Below are positions 11,001 through 30,588 of a DNA stretch of 64,000 nucleotides, piece after piece. The translations under genes and the position numbers were made by a program. Origin of the DNA: Scenedesmus sp. PABB004 (Eukaryota); NCBI GenBank assembly GCA_014905635.1, contig JABVCE010000022.1, positions 620,001-684,000 on the forward strand, in the 5' to 3' direction. Position 1 is the first letter of the stretch. The number at the start of each line of letters is the position of its first letter. A model generated the notes under the pieces. It was given only the letters and a program-made list of their open reading frames with translations, ran no database searches and was not told the origin of the DNA.

Positions 11001-14000
11001 CCCGGTTGAGCAGGTAAAAGCTCCCAAACGCGAGCGTGAACTCCCTGCGCGGCGCGAACGGCGGCGCGTGGGGCGGCGGCGTGAGGCTGGCCTCACGGCA
11101 GGTCGGGCCCCGGCGCGGCAGGGCGCCCGCGGCGCAGTGGCGGCGGCGTCGGCGGCGGGTCGCACCACATCGCGGGCGCGACCACGGGGGAGTAGCCGGT
11201 GAAGAGGAAGGGAATGGGCAGCAGCGCGAGCGCGACGGTGGCGATGGCGAGCCAGTGGTGGGCGAGGGCCTCAAAGAACAGCAGCGCCTGCGTCGCCGTC
11301 AGGCCCGGGACGTTCAGGGGGTTTGTGCGGCTCAGGATCTGCGGCGCCAGGCGGCGGGCGGGACGGCACGCAGGTCAGCAGGTCCGCACACAGGTCAGCG
11401 CGCGGGTCAGCGCGCCCGGCGCCCTGGAGCAGCCGCGCAGGAGGGCGGCGGCGCGCACCTGCAGCGCGCCCATGGCCCAGCGCAGGCGCTGCGTGAGCGC
11501 GTCCTGCAGGTCGTCGGGCGCCATGCCAAACACGAGGCGCTCGTTGAGGAACCTGGAGGGGGCAGTGGGTGGCGGCGGCGGTGTCAGGTCGGCGCGGCAG
11601 ACGGGGCGCGCGCCCGCCAGCGGCCCCCGCGCCGCGCCCGCGCACGGCCCCCGCGGCGCCGCCGCCCGCACAGGCGCCGCCGCGCTCCGCACATTGTCGC
11701 GAAGCCGGCGCCGAGCATGTTCATGGCTGTGTTGTAGTCCTCAGTGATGCTGCCGTAGCTCTGGCCGCCCAGGCTGACGAGCACGTCGCGCCGGAAGACC
11801 ACGCCCGTGCCGCAGCAGGGGCAGGCCCCGATGCCGTCGCGGCCCTGGAGCATGGGGCCGTAGAAGAACCGCGCGCTGTGCACGAGCGGGTCGGACGCGT
11901 CCACGTTCCTGCGCGACAGCGGCAGCGCAGCGGAGCATGTCGGCGCGGCGGCGCTGCCGGCGGTCGGCGGGCCCGCGCGTGCGAGGCAGGGCGCAGCCGA
12001 GCCGTGCCGAGCTGAGCCGCGCGGGTGGGAGCTGAGCCGCGCAGCCGCGCCGCGCACCAGAAGTCCTGCGGCGTCTGGACGAAGCCGGCCTTGGGCTTGA
12101 GCCCCCACCGCCCGTCGGCGCCCTCCTGCGTGTAAAAGTGGCCAAGGATGTTCTGGAGAAACTCAGGATGCACGATCATGTCTGAGCGCGAGGACGAGGG
12201 CGGCGGCGGTGGAGGTGGCGGTGGCGGCCGGTGAGGCGGCGCGCGGGTCGCGGCGGGCCGCGCGGCGCCACGTTCAGGTCCAGCCCTAAGCCCTTAACCG
12301 CTGCCTGCCGCCCGGGCGCGTGTCGCCGCTGCGCACCGCAGTCGAGGACGAGGCAGAAGGTGCCGCGGCCGCCGCTGGCCTTGAGCAGGGCGTTGTTGAT
12401 GTTGCCCGCCTTGGCGTGGTGCGGCACGCCGCGCACCTTGGTGCGGCGCACGTACAGCAGCTCGGCCTCGCGGCCCATGTACCTGCGGCGGGGCATGGGG
12501 GGCGGGCGTGGGCGTGGGCGCCCGAGCCAGAGCGCCTGCGCCGCCGCGTCGCGGGCCGCCCCCCGGCCCGGCGGCGCCGCGCCGCCTGCGCGCGCGCCGC
12601 GCGCGCCGGCCGCGCGCGCCGCGCCCGCCCGTGCCGCCGCACTCACGTGAGCTGGAAGCGCAGGCGGCGGACCATCTCTTCCACCTCGGGTCGCGCGCCG
12701 TCGTCGAGCACGTGCACCGCGAGCTTGGTGCCGGGCCAGGCCATGTTGAGCGCGGCGATGACGGTCGGCTCGACCACGCCGACCGGCTCGCTGTAGGTCG
12801 GCACAAAGACGTCCACGGCCGGCAGCTCCTCCTGGGGCAGCATGTCGCACACGCGGCGGCGCGGGCGCACGATCTGGAACCACAGGCTCGCGACAAAGGC
12901 GTTGGACAGCACAAAGCCGGCAAACTCGCAGGCCCAGATCGGAACGCTCAGAAAGTAGGACCAGCCCGGGTTGAGCGTGCGCAGCGCGCGCCACGCAATG
13001 TAGCCCGCCATGGCCAGCTGGGGCAGCAAGGAGGGAGCAGGGCGGCGGCGGCGGGGCGCGGCGGCGTCGGCGTCGGCGTCGCTGGCCCATCAGGGCGTGG
13101 GCTCGCGGCGGCGGCCGCGGGCCAGCGCGCCGCGCCAGCGCCCGCGCAGCCGCACGGCGGCGGCGGCGCCGCACCTGCGTGACCAGTGCCAGCACGCGGA
13201 AGACGCGGACGCCGCGCGCGAGCTCGGTGCCGGGGCTGCCCGCGCCCTCCCAGCCGCGCGCGGCGGCTGCGCGCGCGAGGCGGCGCGCCGCGGCGAGCGC
13301 GGCGCGCGCGACCGCGGCGGGCTCGGGCCCGCCGACGCCGCCCGACGCCTTGGCCGCGACCGCCGCGCCGGCGGCCGCGCGGTTCGCGACCGCGGCGGCG
13401 CTCAGCCGGCGTGCGCGCGCGCCGCCCGCCGTGAGCGGCGCCGCCGCGGCCGCGCCGTCGGCGACGGCCGGCGGCGCGCCGCCCGCGAGCGCCGCGTCGC
13501 GCACGGCGGCCTGGTGCGCGCCGATTGCCGCGGCGAGCTGGCGGCGCAGCGCCGAGGGCAGCGCCTTGGCGCAGGGCCGCGGCGCCTTGCCGGCCGCGAG
13601 GCGGGCCAGGTAGTCAGCCAGGCGGCGGTGGCCGCGCGACGCCGCGCAGTCGGCGGGCGTCTGGCCCGCGTAGTTGGCCGCGCCCAGGTCGGCGCCGTGC
13701 GCGAGCAGCACCTGGCAGGCGGTCGTGTGGCCGCGCGACGCGGCGTAGTGGAGCGGCGTGTCGAGCCAGCCGTCGTCCTTGACCGCACCGACGTCGGCGC
13801 CCGCCTGGCAGAGCCAGAGTGCCGCGGCTGCGGCGGTGGGTGTGGGGGGCGGGCAGAGGGTGTGGGCGGGGCGGGGCGGGCGCAGGGCGACGCAGTCGGC
13901 GCGCGCGGCGCCGCCCGCCCGGCGCCGGCCCGTGTCCACGCGCCCCGCGCACCGGCCTGGCCCTCCGCCGCCGCTGCGTGGAGGGCCGTGAAGCCCTCGT

Positions 14001-14958
14001 GGGCCGCGTCGACGTGGAAGCGGTCCGCGCCGTCGGCGAGCGCGGCCATCGCGCCGACGTCGCCGCGCGCGGCCGCGAGGCGCAGCGCGCCCGCGTCGCA
14101 GGGGTGCATCTTGAGGCGCGCCGTCGCGCGCGCCTTGGCCAGCGCGTGACCGGCGAGGTAGGCTGCGACGAGCAGCAGGGAGAGGCCCAGCAGCAGCAGG
14201 CCCCACCAGTCCACGCCCGGCAGCAGCACCAGGTTTTTGCCGCCCAGGGTGCCCGCGCCGCTGGCCGCCTGCGCGGTCGCCTGCGCTGCCCAGGTCGCGC
14301 GAAAGTCAGACCCCGCCAGGCCGCCCGCCGACGCGGGCGGGCCCGTCACCGTCGCGACCGCGCCCGCCGACACGCCGCCGGCGAGCTGCAGCAGGCCTCG
14401 AGCGGCGCCCGCGAGCCCGGCGTCGGGCGGCGGCGCGCCGCCCGCGAGCAGCAGCCGCCCGCGGCCGCCCCGGCCGCCGCCGCCGCCATCGCCGCCGCCG
14501 CCGCCGCGGCCGCCGCCGCCGGCGCCGCGGCCGCCGCCGGAGCCGCCGCCGCGCCGCGCCGAGGCGCCCGCACCGCGGCTCGCGCCGGTGACGCCGCCGC
14601 CCGCGCTGCCGCGCGCGCCAGCCGCCGCGGCGCCAGCGCGGCCGCCGCCCCAGCCGGAGCCGCGGTCGCCGGTGACGCCGCCGCCCGCCGCCCGCCGCCC
14701 GCCGCCCGCCGCCCGCCGCCCGCCGCCCGCCGCGCTCGCGCCGGCGTCACTGCGCCGGCCGTCCCCCGCAGCGGCGCCCCAGCCCCCGCTGCGCATGCCG
14801 CCCCAGGCGCTGGTGGCTGCGGGGGCGGGCGCCGCGGCATCGCTCGCGGCGGCGGCGACCGCGCTCCCCGCGGGCGCATGGCGGGTGCTGAACTTGGAGT
14901 TGGCCGGCCCCTGCACCACCGCGGTGCCCGCGAACGCGGTGCCCAGCGAGTAGCTCAT
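8078..14958 (-). CDS. Cellulose-synthase-like processive GT2 (BcsA-type) with N-terminal ankyrin repeats, multi-exon
   Basis: Spliced exons give DVFVPTYSEP, LDDG, HHAKAGNINNAL, LDCD, FVQTPQDF, CCGTG, ITED and QRLRW plus TM helices. Ankyrin motifs GFTALHAAA, DTPLHYAASRGH and GQTPADCAASRGH lie at ~13600-14100. Last exon NIYDHT...EVYAP*. The 5' start is uncertain. Confidence 0.88.
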
Positions 14959-15917
14959 TCTCAGCGAGTAGTAGCTCGCGATGCCCGGCGGGCGTCAATC
15001 GTGCCGCTAGGCGCCGAGCGCCGGCGAGCCACGCCCCAATCGCGCCCTCGCGCCGCGCGAGCTCGTCAGCGCCGACGGGCGTGTGGCCGGAGGTTTCGGG
15101 ACGCGCGACGTGGGGCGCGCGGCCGGTCTGGCGGGGCCTGTGCGTGCTGTGAGTCGTAGCTGCGCGGCGCGCGCAGCTCGTGTGCGCCCGCGCGTGCGCG
15201 CGCTAGGCGCGTTTCAATCTATCGCGTTGAGAGGACGTCTGAATGCGGCGGCGCGGCAGCGGGGGAACTGCCGCGTTCCTTTCCTGGGAGGCGTGAGGCC
15301 GGGTTTCGGAGCGCGGGCGGACCGCCCGCGGCCCCGGCGCCGCCCGGCGCTTGCCGCGCGCTCGGCCGGTCCCGAAGCAACACCACCAGCTCACCGGGGC
15401 ACCCGCGCCGTCCGGACGCGCGCGGCGCGCCAGCACACCGGCGGCGGCGTCAGCGGCCCGCGGGTGACGCCTGCGGCCGACAGCCCGGCGGCGGCTCCGG
15501 GGCGCGGCTGGGACGCAACTTTGCAGCCTCGGCGTGGCTGGAGCGGCTCGGGCGTCGCGGGGTGTGCCGCGGCCGGGCGCGATCATCGCCCGGCGCGGCG
15601 CGCGGCGCGTGACCTGCGGCGCCGCCGCGGGCTGCCCTGCCGGCGCAGCTGCGCCCGCCGCTGCCCGCACCCGCTCGGTGGGCAGCTGTGCCAACCTCAC
15701 AGCACGCTGCCGGGCGCATGGGCGTTGCGGCCGAAGAACCGCCCGCTGGGACGACGCGCGCCGTCTCGGCGCGGCGGCGCCGGCAGCCCGCGGGCCGCGC
15801 GCGCGCGGGTCGCCAGTCTGCGCTGCGTGCCGGTCGGCGGAGCTGCGCCACCGCCGTGCCCTGCGCTGCTGACCCTGCGTGCTGCTGCGCCTTGGTGCTG
15901 CTGCTGCCGCGGCCGGC

Positions 15918-16396
15918 ATGCCCGGGCCGGACGACCCGGAGCGGATCATCGACGTCAAGCCCCTGCACGTCCTCCTGCTCGGCGCGGGCGTGCTGGGCTC
16001 GGGTGCGCGCCGCCCGCCGCCGCCGCTGCCCGACCGCCGCCGCCGCTGCTGCTGCCGCTGCTGCGCTCAGGAGCGCTGCTGCTGCTGCCCACCCCGCGCA
16101 GGCGTGCTGCTGACGGCGTCGCTGTCGTACAAGCAGGCCGGCAAGCAGTGAGCGGCCGCCGCCGGGACGCAGCCGAGCGAATTCAGCGGCGCGGGCGCTG
16201 CTGCTGCCGCGCGCTCACGCCGCCCGCATCGCGGGTGCAGGCTGGCGGCGGAGGGCATCGACGCCAGCGTGCGGCGCCGCGTCCTGCCGCATGCGGTGGG
16301 CGCGCCGCGCGGCGGCAGCAGCGCTGCACTGCACCGCTCCACGCCGCGTGGCGCGCCGGGGCAGCGGCGGCCGCCGCTGACCGGCGTGCGCGCCCT

Positions 16397-16428
<32 letters not shown>

Positions 16429-16775
16429 TGCCTGCCTGCGCGCAGCTCAAGGCGCTCGCCGGCAGCCTGCTGCTGACGGGGCTGGCGGCGGCGGGCGGGT
16501 TTGCGGTCATGGAGGCGGCCGGCCTGGTGCAGCACGAGGCGCCCACGAGCGTGTCGGCCTTCCGGCGCGCCTGGGAGATGGTCGGCCGGCCGCTGCCGCC
16601 GAGGGAGGTGGAGGCCGGCGGCGGCGAAGGCGGCGGCAGCGGCGCGTGCGGCGCGGCGGCGCAGCGGCAGCGGCAGCAGGCGGGCGCGCGACTAGCGGGG
16701 CAGCAGGCGGAGCCGCCGCAGCGGCGGCAGGAGCAGCGGCAGGAGCAGGCGGGGCGCTGGGCCGGGCGCTGGTAG
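15918..16775 (+). CDS. Small hypothetical membrane protein (2 TM segments), 4 exons
   Basis: Exons joined by GT-AG introns read MPGPDDPERIIDVKPLHVLLLGAGVLG / VLLTASLSYKQAGKQ / LAAEGIDASVRRRVLPHA / LKALAGSLLLTGLAAAGGFAVMEAAG. Confidence 0.6.
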
Positions 16776-17038
16776 CCGAGGCGCAGGCCGCGGCGGCGCG
16801 CCGAGCTCGGCGTGACCGCGTCCGAGTCGAGGCAGCCGGGCGGCCAGCGGCGGCCGCGCGAGTCCCCGAACGCTCGCCCCCAGCTCGCGTCTGTCGGGCC
16901 CGACTTCCCTCCGCTGCCGTGCGAGCTCACCGCGGCCGGTCCGCGTGTTTGTCGCGAGCGCCCGCGTTTGCTGTACAGGCCTCGCGCCCGCCACCGGCTC
17001 GGCAGCGCGCCATGCTGTGAGACGCAGTGCCACACGCC

Positions 17039-18886
17039 ATGGCGGCACGCACAAAGAGCCTAGCGCGGGCGCTGTGCCTCTGCCTGCTGGCCGGCGCAGC
17101 GCTGGGCAGCAAGCGCGCGATGCGGGTGCGCGCCGCGCGGTGTGGGCGCCGGCAGCTCCGCGGCAGCGGCTGGAGGGCCGTAGCGCTGGCCTCAATCTCT
17201 CCAGCAGCTGCCAGCCCTGCCAGCACGCGCCAGCGCGGCGCAGCGCCGGGCGCAGTAACGCGCCACCCGCGCCCGCCCCGCGCGGCGCCGGCCGCAGCAA
17301 TACGACTGGGGCGACCCGCCGGAGGAGGACCTGGCGGCCTCTTGCAACTGCCCGCCCGCGCCAAACTGCACGGCGGCGGCCGCGGCGGCGCCGCCGGCAG
17401 CGCTCCCGGGCGTGGTGCCGCTGCTGCCGCCGTCGTCGCCCGCGGGGGCGCCGCCGCTCTCGCTCTGGCCCAAGGGCCCCCGGGCGCCGGTGTTCGACGA
17501 CCCGTGGACCAAGAAGAACATCGCGCTGGTGTACGCGCACCAGCTCAAGGACGGCGTCGGCGCGCAGACGATGCGCATGCTGGAGATCTACGCCGTCGCC
17601 AACAGCCTCGGCATCGGCTACCTGCACCGCCCCATCTCCTGCGTCGGCCACATCGGCGACGTGGTGCACTACCGCGACACCGCGTGCAACCTCACGCGCG
17701 AGGCGGACGTGCGGCTGCTGGCCAAGATCCGGCGCATGATCATGCTCCCCTCGACCGTGAGCGAGGAGCAGGTCGCGACGTGGGAGCAGAAGCGCGTGAG
17801 CGAGTTTGGGTGGTGGAAGTTTGTCGGCCTCGCGAACGAGGCGCTGCGCCAGAAGCGGCCCACGCTCTACATCATCGAGTTTGCCACCAGCGTCGCGCAC
17901 CAGTACCCCAACGTCTTCCTCAGCGTCCCCGCGTTCAGGCCCAGCGCGCCCGAGGTGCGCGGCGCGCGCGCGCGCGCGCGCGCGCGTCCTGAGGCGGCGG
18001 GGCGGCGGGGCGGCGGGGCGGCGGGGCGGCGGGGCGGCGCGGCCTGCCGGCGGCTCGCAGCTCGCCAGCGCGTCAGACGGGAAGGCCACAGCAGGCCGGG
18101 GCAGGTGCCCGCCGGCGGGCTGCGCGCCGCCTGCTGACGCCGCCGCCCGCTGGCGGCGCGCCCCGTCAGACGCGGCTGGTGTGCAAGAAGCCCACCTCGG
18201 CGGACCACTTCACGCCGGGCAAGCCCTGGCTGCTGAGCTCGCTGCGCGTCGCGATCCACTTCAGGCGCGGCGACATCGCGACCAACCTGCGCTGGAGCCA
18301 CCGCATGCTGCCGACGTCATACTACGTAAACCTGGCGCGGCAGATCACGGACGTGCGTGGCGCTGCTGCCAGCGGCAGCAGCGGCAGAGGGGCAGAGGGG
18401 CAGCAGCGGCGCGCCGGCGCGGCCGCGGCCGCGGCCCGCTGACCGGCAGCGCGCGCGTCGCCGCCGCCGCCGCCGCCGCCGCCGCGTCAGGTGCTGGACG
18501 GCGCGGGGTGCGACTACAGCGTGGAGGTGTACACCGAGGCGCCGACGACGGTGGCGGGCAAGGAGGAGCTGGACGCGCTCGTGGCGGCCATCCCCAACGC
18601 GGTGCTGCAGGCGTCGACCGACATGGTGTGGAGCTGGCAGCAGATGGCGACGTGCGACGTGCTCGTCATGTCCAACTCTGCCTTCTCCATCTCCGCCGCG
18701 CTGCTCAACCCCAACGCGTTCAGCGTCTTCTTCCCCGGCGCCCAGGTGCACCAGAGCCGCATCGAGCTGCGCCACTGGCACACGCCGCTCGACCGCAACG
18801 GCACGCTCAGCCCAAACAGCCTCGAGGTGCTGCGCCGCCGCACCGCGCCGGACGCGGTGTTCGGCTTCCTCCCCCGCACGCGCTGA
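17039..18886 (+). CDS. Putative GT11-like (alpha-1,2-fucosyltransferase-fold) glycosyltransferase with signal/anchor
   Basis: N-terminal hydrophobic helix (ALCLCLLAGAAL). DGVGAQ, VAIHFRRGD and CDVLVMSNSAFS..AALLN parallel the GT11 motifs GLGNQ, H(I/V)RRGD and ANSTFSWW..LN. Confidence 0.6.
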
Positions 18887-19967
18887 CGCCGGCCGGCGCC
18901 GGCGCCGGCGGAGGGAGGCGCGCGGCGCGCGGCTGGCGCACGGCGGCTGCAGCGGCAGCGGGCGGCGCCACGCACGTGCGTCGCGGCGCCGGCGCGGCGG
19001 CGGAATGTACAGGCCGGCGCTCGCAGAGCGGAGCACCCCGCAGCGGCTGGGTGCGGAGCTCGGGCGGAGCGGCGGCGGCGCGAGGGGCGCTGCAGCTGCA
19101 GCCGTGCACGCGCGCAGGACTCGCGCGGCTCAATGCACGGGGAGGGGCGCGGGGGCGGAGCGACGGCGGGCGGCGAGCGGCGCGCGCGCGTTTTTGGCGG
19201 CGGCGGCCGTGGCTGCTCCGTCTGAACTGGGAAGCAACGAGGTGTTGGCGCCCGTGCCGCCACGACGCACCGGCCGCGCTCCGGTGCCGCCGCCGGGCTG
19301 GCAGCAGGCGCGTCGGCGGGCCCGCCGGTGGCGCGCGCTGAACGTGTCGTCTGAGCAGCTCCAGCGACATCAGTGATGTCGCTGCACCGCCACCGGCGGT
19401 GCTGCCCTCAGACGCGGGCGGCGGCGGGCGCAGCGGGCATGCCGGGGCTCTGGCGCCGGGGCCCCGACTCCGCCGCCGCCGTGCGTGCGTGCGTGCGCGG
19501 GCGGCGCGGCGCCGCTGACGCTCGCTGCTGCCAGACGCCGACCAGCCGTGCCGCACGCGCGCGCCCTCACTCGCGCCGACCGCGTCTTGCTGCTGCGCCA
19601 GCGTGTGGCGCAGCCGTCCGCCCCCGCGACCCGGCTGCCCCCCTCGCAGCCGTCGCGCGCCCGCGCACCTCCGCCTATCTGCCAGGTGCGGGCGCGCGGG
19701 CGCGCGAGGACGCGCGGCCCGCAGCGGCCGGCGGGCGGACCGGCATCGATGCGCGCCCCTGCCGGCGCAGCGCGGCAGCGTTCCCGCGCGCCCTCGCGGC
19801 CTCGGCGCCACGCCGCCGTGCGGCAGCCTGGGGGCCGCTCAAGGCCGGCGGGCGGCGCTCGTGCGCGGCAGGAGCAGCAGCAGCAGCGCCGGCGCGCAAC
19901 CCTAGCGGCCACGCCGGCACCGCCGCCGCGCCCCCACGCCGCCCGCCGCCCGCCCGCAGCGCCCCGC

Positions 19968-22413
<2,446 letters not shown>

Positions 22414-22735
22414 GCGCGGCGGCCAGGCGGCTGCCAGGCGGCTGCCGGGCGCGCCGCGGCGCGGCGCGGCGGAGGTCGCGGCCATCGGCGGCGGCGGCGG
22501 CGGCAAGGAGGGCGGCGGAGCGCGGCCTGGGGTGGGAAGGGTGGGCAGTCGGGCAGTGGGGCAGTCGGGGCGCGCGCGACCTGAGCGGGCGGGCCATGCA
22601 CATGCACTGGCGGGCGGTCTGGCGGCGGCGGCGGGCACACAAAATGTATCATCGCCGCGGCCCGGCGGCGCTGCGCGGCACTTGGTCAACCGATTCGCTT
22701 GTCTCGCTCCCCTCTGCGCTCGACAACCTCCCGCG

Positions 22736-23569
22736 TCACCAGAGATAAGGAATAAAGGCGCGCCGGTCGCGCGGATACGCAGGAATGCGCGCCCGCAGCC
22801 ACGCGTGGTGGCTCCGCGCCCTCGGGGCCAGGTTGGCCACCGTCGCGACCGCAAAGGCGGCAGGCGCGAGGCCCCCCGGGCGCGCGGTGCACGCCGCGAG
22901 CGCCCAGCCCGCCCACTCCACGCTCTCCGCGAGGTAGTTGGCCGCCGTGACCAGCTCAAACAGCCCGCCGCGCGGGACGCCGTAGCCGCCGCCGCCCCCG
23001 CCGCCGCCGCCGCCGCGCGGCCGCAGCGCGCGCAGCGTCGCGTCCGCGCGCAGGTTGGCCAGCCACCCCGCCGCCCAGAGGCCGAGCCCGACGACGTGCC
23101 GCGGCGCCCAGCGCGCGTCGTCGGGCATGCTCAGCACGTGCGCCGCCTGGGTGAGGCCGTTGGCTGCGCAGAAGAGGGCCGCGAGGGCCCACACCGTCAC
23201 CGCGGTCGGCTTGGGCGCGCGCATGAGCAGCGGGTACACCAGCGCGCGGTGGGCATAGTGCAGGGCAAAGGCGCAGGCCACGGCGCCGCGCGGCGTGAGC
23301 GGCGCGAGGCCCGCCGCGGCCTCGGGGCGCGCCGCCATGAGCGCCAGCGGCGCGAGCAGCGAGGGGAGCTCCTGCGTCGCCCAGGCCAGCCGGCCGTTGA
23401 GGCTGGGGCCCCACAGCCGTGACCGCGGCGCCGCGGCTGGCGAGTACCTGCCGTAGGGGGCGACCAGGCCGGGGAAGAAGCTGAGCAGCGCGCAGGAGAC
23501 CGCTGCGAACAGCAGCAGCGCCGCGGCGCCCCCGGCCGCCACGGCCTCCAGGGGCCCGTCTGGCCGCAT
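22736..23569 (-). CDS. 3-oxo-5-alpha-steroid 4-dehydrogenase (DET2/SRD5A-like), intronless
   Basis: APYGRY, AWATQELPS, HYAHRALVYP, NLRADATLRALR, YGVPRGGLFELVTAANYLAESVEW, NLAPRARSHHAW and YPRDRRAFIPYLW. Confidence 0.92.
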   Translation of the reverse strand: MRPDGPLEAVAAGGAAALLLFAAVSCALLSFFPGLVAPYGRYSPAAAPRSRLWGPSLNGRLAWATQELPSLLAPLALMAARPEAAAGLAPLTPRGAVACAFALHYAHRALVYPLLMRAPKPTAVTVWALAALFCAANGLTQAAHVLSMPDDARWAPRHVVGLGLWAAGWLANLRADATLRALRPRGGGGGGGGGGYGVPRGGLFELVTAANYLAESVEWAGWALAACTARPGGLAPAAFAVATVANLAPRARSHHAWLRARIPAYPRDRRAFIPYLW

Positions 23570-23783
23570 CTGCAGGCCCTCCGATCAGGTTTCACGCCCC
23601 CCGCAGCACATGAGCCAGCCGGCAGCGAGCTTCCTCACTGCGCCGAGCCGCGGCGGCGGTCGCCGCTGTCACCGGGCGCCACGCTGCCGGCGGCGCGCGC
23701 GCCCGCGCGTGCGCGCAAGGTGCTGCTGCTGCTGCTCCTGCGACGCCGCGCAGCCTGGAGCGGGAGCAGCAGGCCAGCCTGTG

Positions 23784-23788
23784 GTTAC
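23784..23788 (-). promoter_or_regulatory. TGTAA poly(A) signal of the mTERF-like gene
   Basis: ttaca on the + strand, ~75 nt past the minus-strand stop at 23861. Confidence 0.55.
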
Positions 23789-23860
23789 ACGGCGGCGCGG
23801 CCAGAACCGCGCGCCCAGAACCGCTGAGGAGAGCCGCCAGCGCGGGCCGCCGCAGCTGCC

Positions 23861-24973
23861 TCACTCCGCGATGCGTCCGGTCGGCTGGCGCAGCATCGCG
23901 AGGTGCGCGATGTCGGCGACGCTGAGGTGCATCTGGCGGCCGTGCAGCACGCTCTGGTGCCGCGTGATGAGCGTGACGACCTCCGCCTTGGGCGCCTGCA
24001 GCTCGTAGCAGATCGCGCGGATGCCCGCCGCGAGCGCCTCGGCGTTCTTCTGCGCGCGCGCGAGGCGGCGCGGGCGGGCGCGGGCGGGCGTCAGCACAGG
24101 CGCGCGGGGCGTCGGCGCGGGCGCGCGCGCCGCCCAGGTGCGGCCGCCGCCGCCCCTGCGTCGCCGCCGCGGCGCGCCGCGCCTGTGTGTCGAAGAGCAG
24201 GCCCGGCTGGATGGTGACCATCTCGATCGCCTGGTCGGTCGTGACGCCCACGACGTCGGCGACCGTGCGCACGCGGTCGAGCAGCTCGTCGGGCGTCAGC
24301 CCCAGCAGCGCGCGCTTGCGGAAGACCATCGTCTTGGCGGTGCCCAGCGGCACGCCCAGCGTGTTGGTCAGCACCTCCAGGCTCATGCGCTCTGGCGCGC
24401 GCGCGGCGGCGGCGCACGGTGAGGAGCACAGTGAGGCGCGCCGCGCCCGCGAGCGCCGCGCGCGGGGCGCCGCGGCGGCGCGGCACATGCATGCGGGGCC
24501 GACGCGCGCGCTGCGGTGGCGCGCGCTGGCGCGGGCGCTGCGCCGCTCACGCGCGTCGTCCAGCGGCTGCGCGGCGATCATGTCCGCCACCTGCTCCGCG
24601 TTGACGTCCACGCTCTCCGGCGCCGCGCGCGCCGCCAGCGCCGCGCCGCGCCGCGCCGCTCTGCTGCCGCTGCTGCTGCCGCACCGCGCGGGCTGCCGCG
24701 CGCCTGCGGGGCGGCGGCAGGGGCAGCGCGGCGCATGGACCGTCGGCGCAGGCCCGAGAACCACGCACAGGCGGGGATCGGGACCGCCGGCCCCGGTGCA
24801 CGCGGCTGGGGCCCCGCACCTGCTGCTGCCCTGGCGGGCTGCCTGCTCGCGCCAGCACAGGCCGCCTGCGAGCGTGCGGGCGCGCGCGAGGCTGAGGCCG
24901 ACCGGGAGCAGCGGGGAGGCCACGCGCCAGGCGCCCTCCTCGCCTGAACGCGGCACGGGAGGGCGAGCTGCAT
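23861..24973 (-). CDS. Organelle-targeted helical-repeat protein, mTERF-like; 4 exons
   Basis: Transit-like N-terminus (MQLALPCRVQARR...). ~35-aa repeats with an mTERF-like pattern: LGVPLGTAKTMVFRKRALL; VGVTTDQAIEMVTIQPGLL; LQAPKAEVVTLITRHQSVL. Confidence 0.55.
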
Positions 24974-25231
24974 CTTGCGTGGAGGTTGGCCCGCGCGTGG
25001 GTGCAAGGAGGGGCGGGGCGGTCGCTGGCTGGGCAGGCTGCTGCGACGGGACTGCAGGCGCGGCCGCGAGCGGCCGCGCTGGTGCGGCGCTGCGGCGGCG
25101 CAGGGGCTTTGTGGCGCCCGCCGCGCGCTTCGCGCCGGCTCGGCCACGGCGGTGTTGCACTGTCCCTGGGTCACGCAGGCCAACACAGTAACACTCCCCT
25201 CCTTCCTCCCCCTCCCCAAACAAGCACACGC

Positions 25232-30233
<5,002 letters not shown>

Positions 30234-30588
30234 CTTGGCGCCGGTGTCGGTGCTTGCGGCGGACGAGCCGGCGCGCTTGGGGCGGGCGCCTGGCGCAGGT
30301 GCCTGGGCGGCTGGGGCGCCCTGCGGCGTGCCCGGGCGGCGTCAGCGAGCCGGCAGCGTGTACAGGGGTTCGCGAGGAACGCGATCAGGCCCGCACCTGG
30401 GCAACGTCGGCCATGGCGGGGCGGGGACGCGGGCGGGCAGCCCTCGGCCTGCGCGCGCTGAGCACGGCGCGAGGCAGGCCTGGCAGCAACTCTGCGGGCG
30501 CTTTTCAGGTGCCTGGAGGCCTCAGGAACGTAAGAGGCCCGCGTGCGGGACGCGTGGGCGCCTGGCTGCGACGGAGGGGACGGGGGGC

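Noticed and set aside
14237..14953. Plus-strand ORF resembling an extensin (SPPPP)
   Set aside because: It is the antisense mirror of a G-rich stretch at the 5' end of the synthase gene, with no ATG start or signal peptide.
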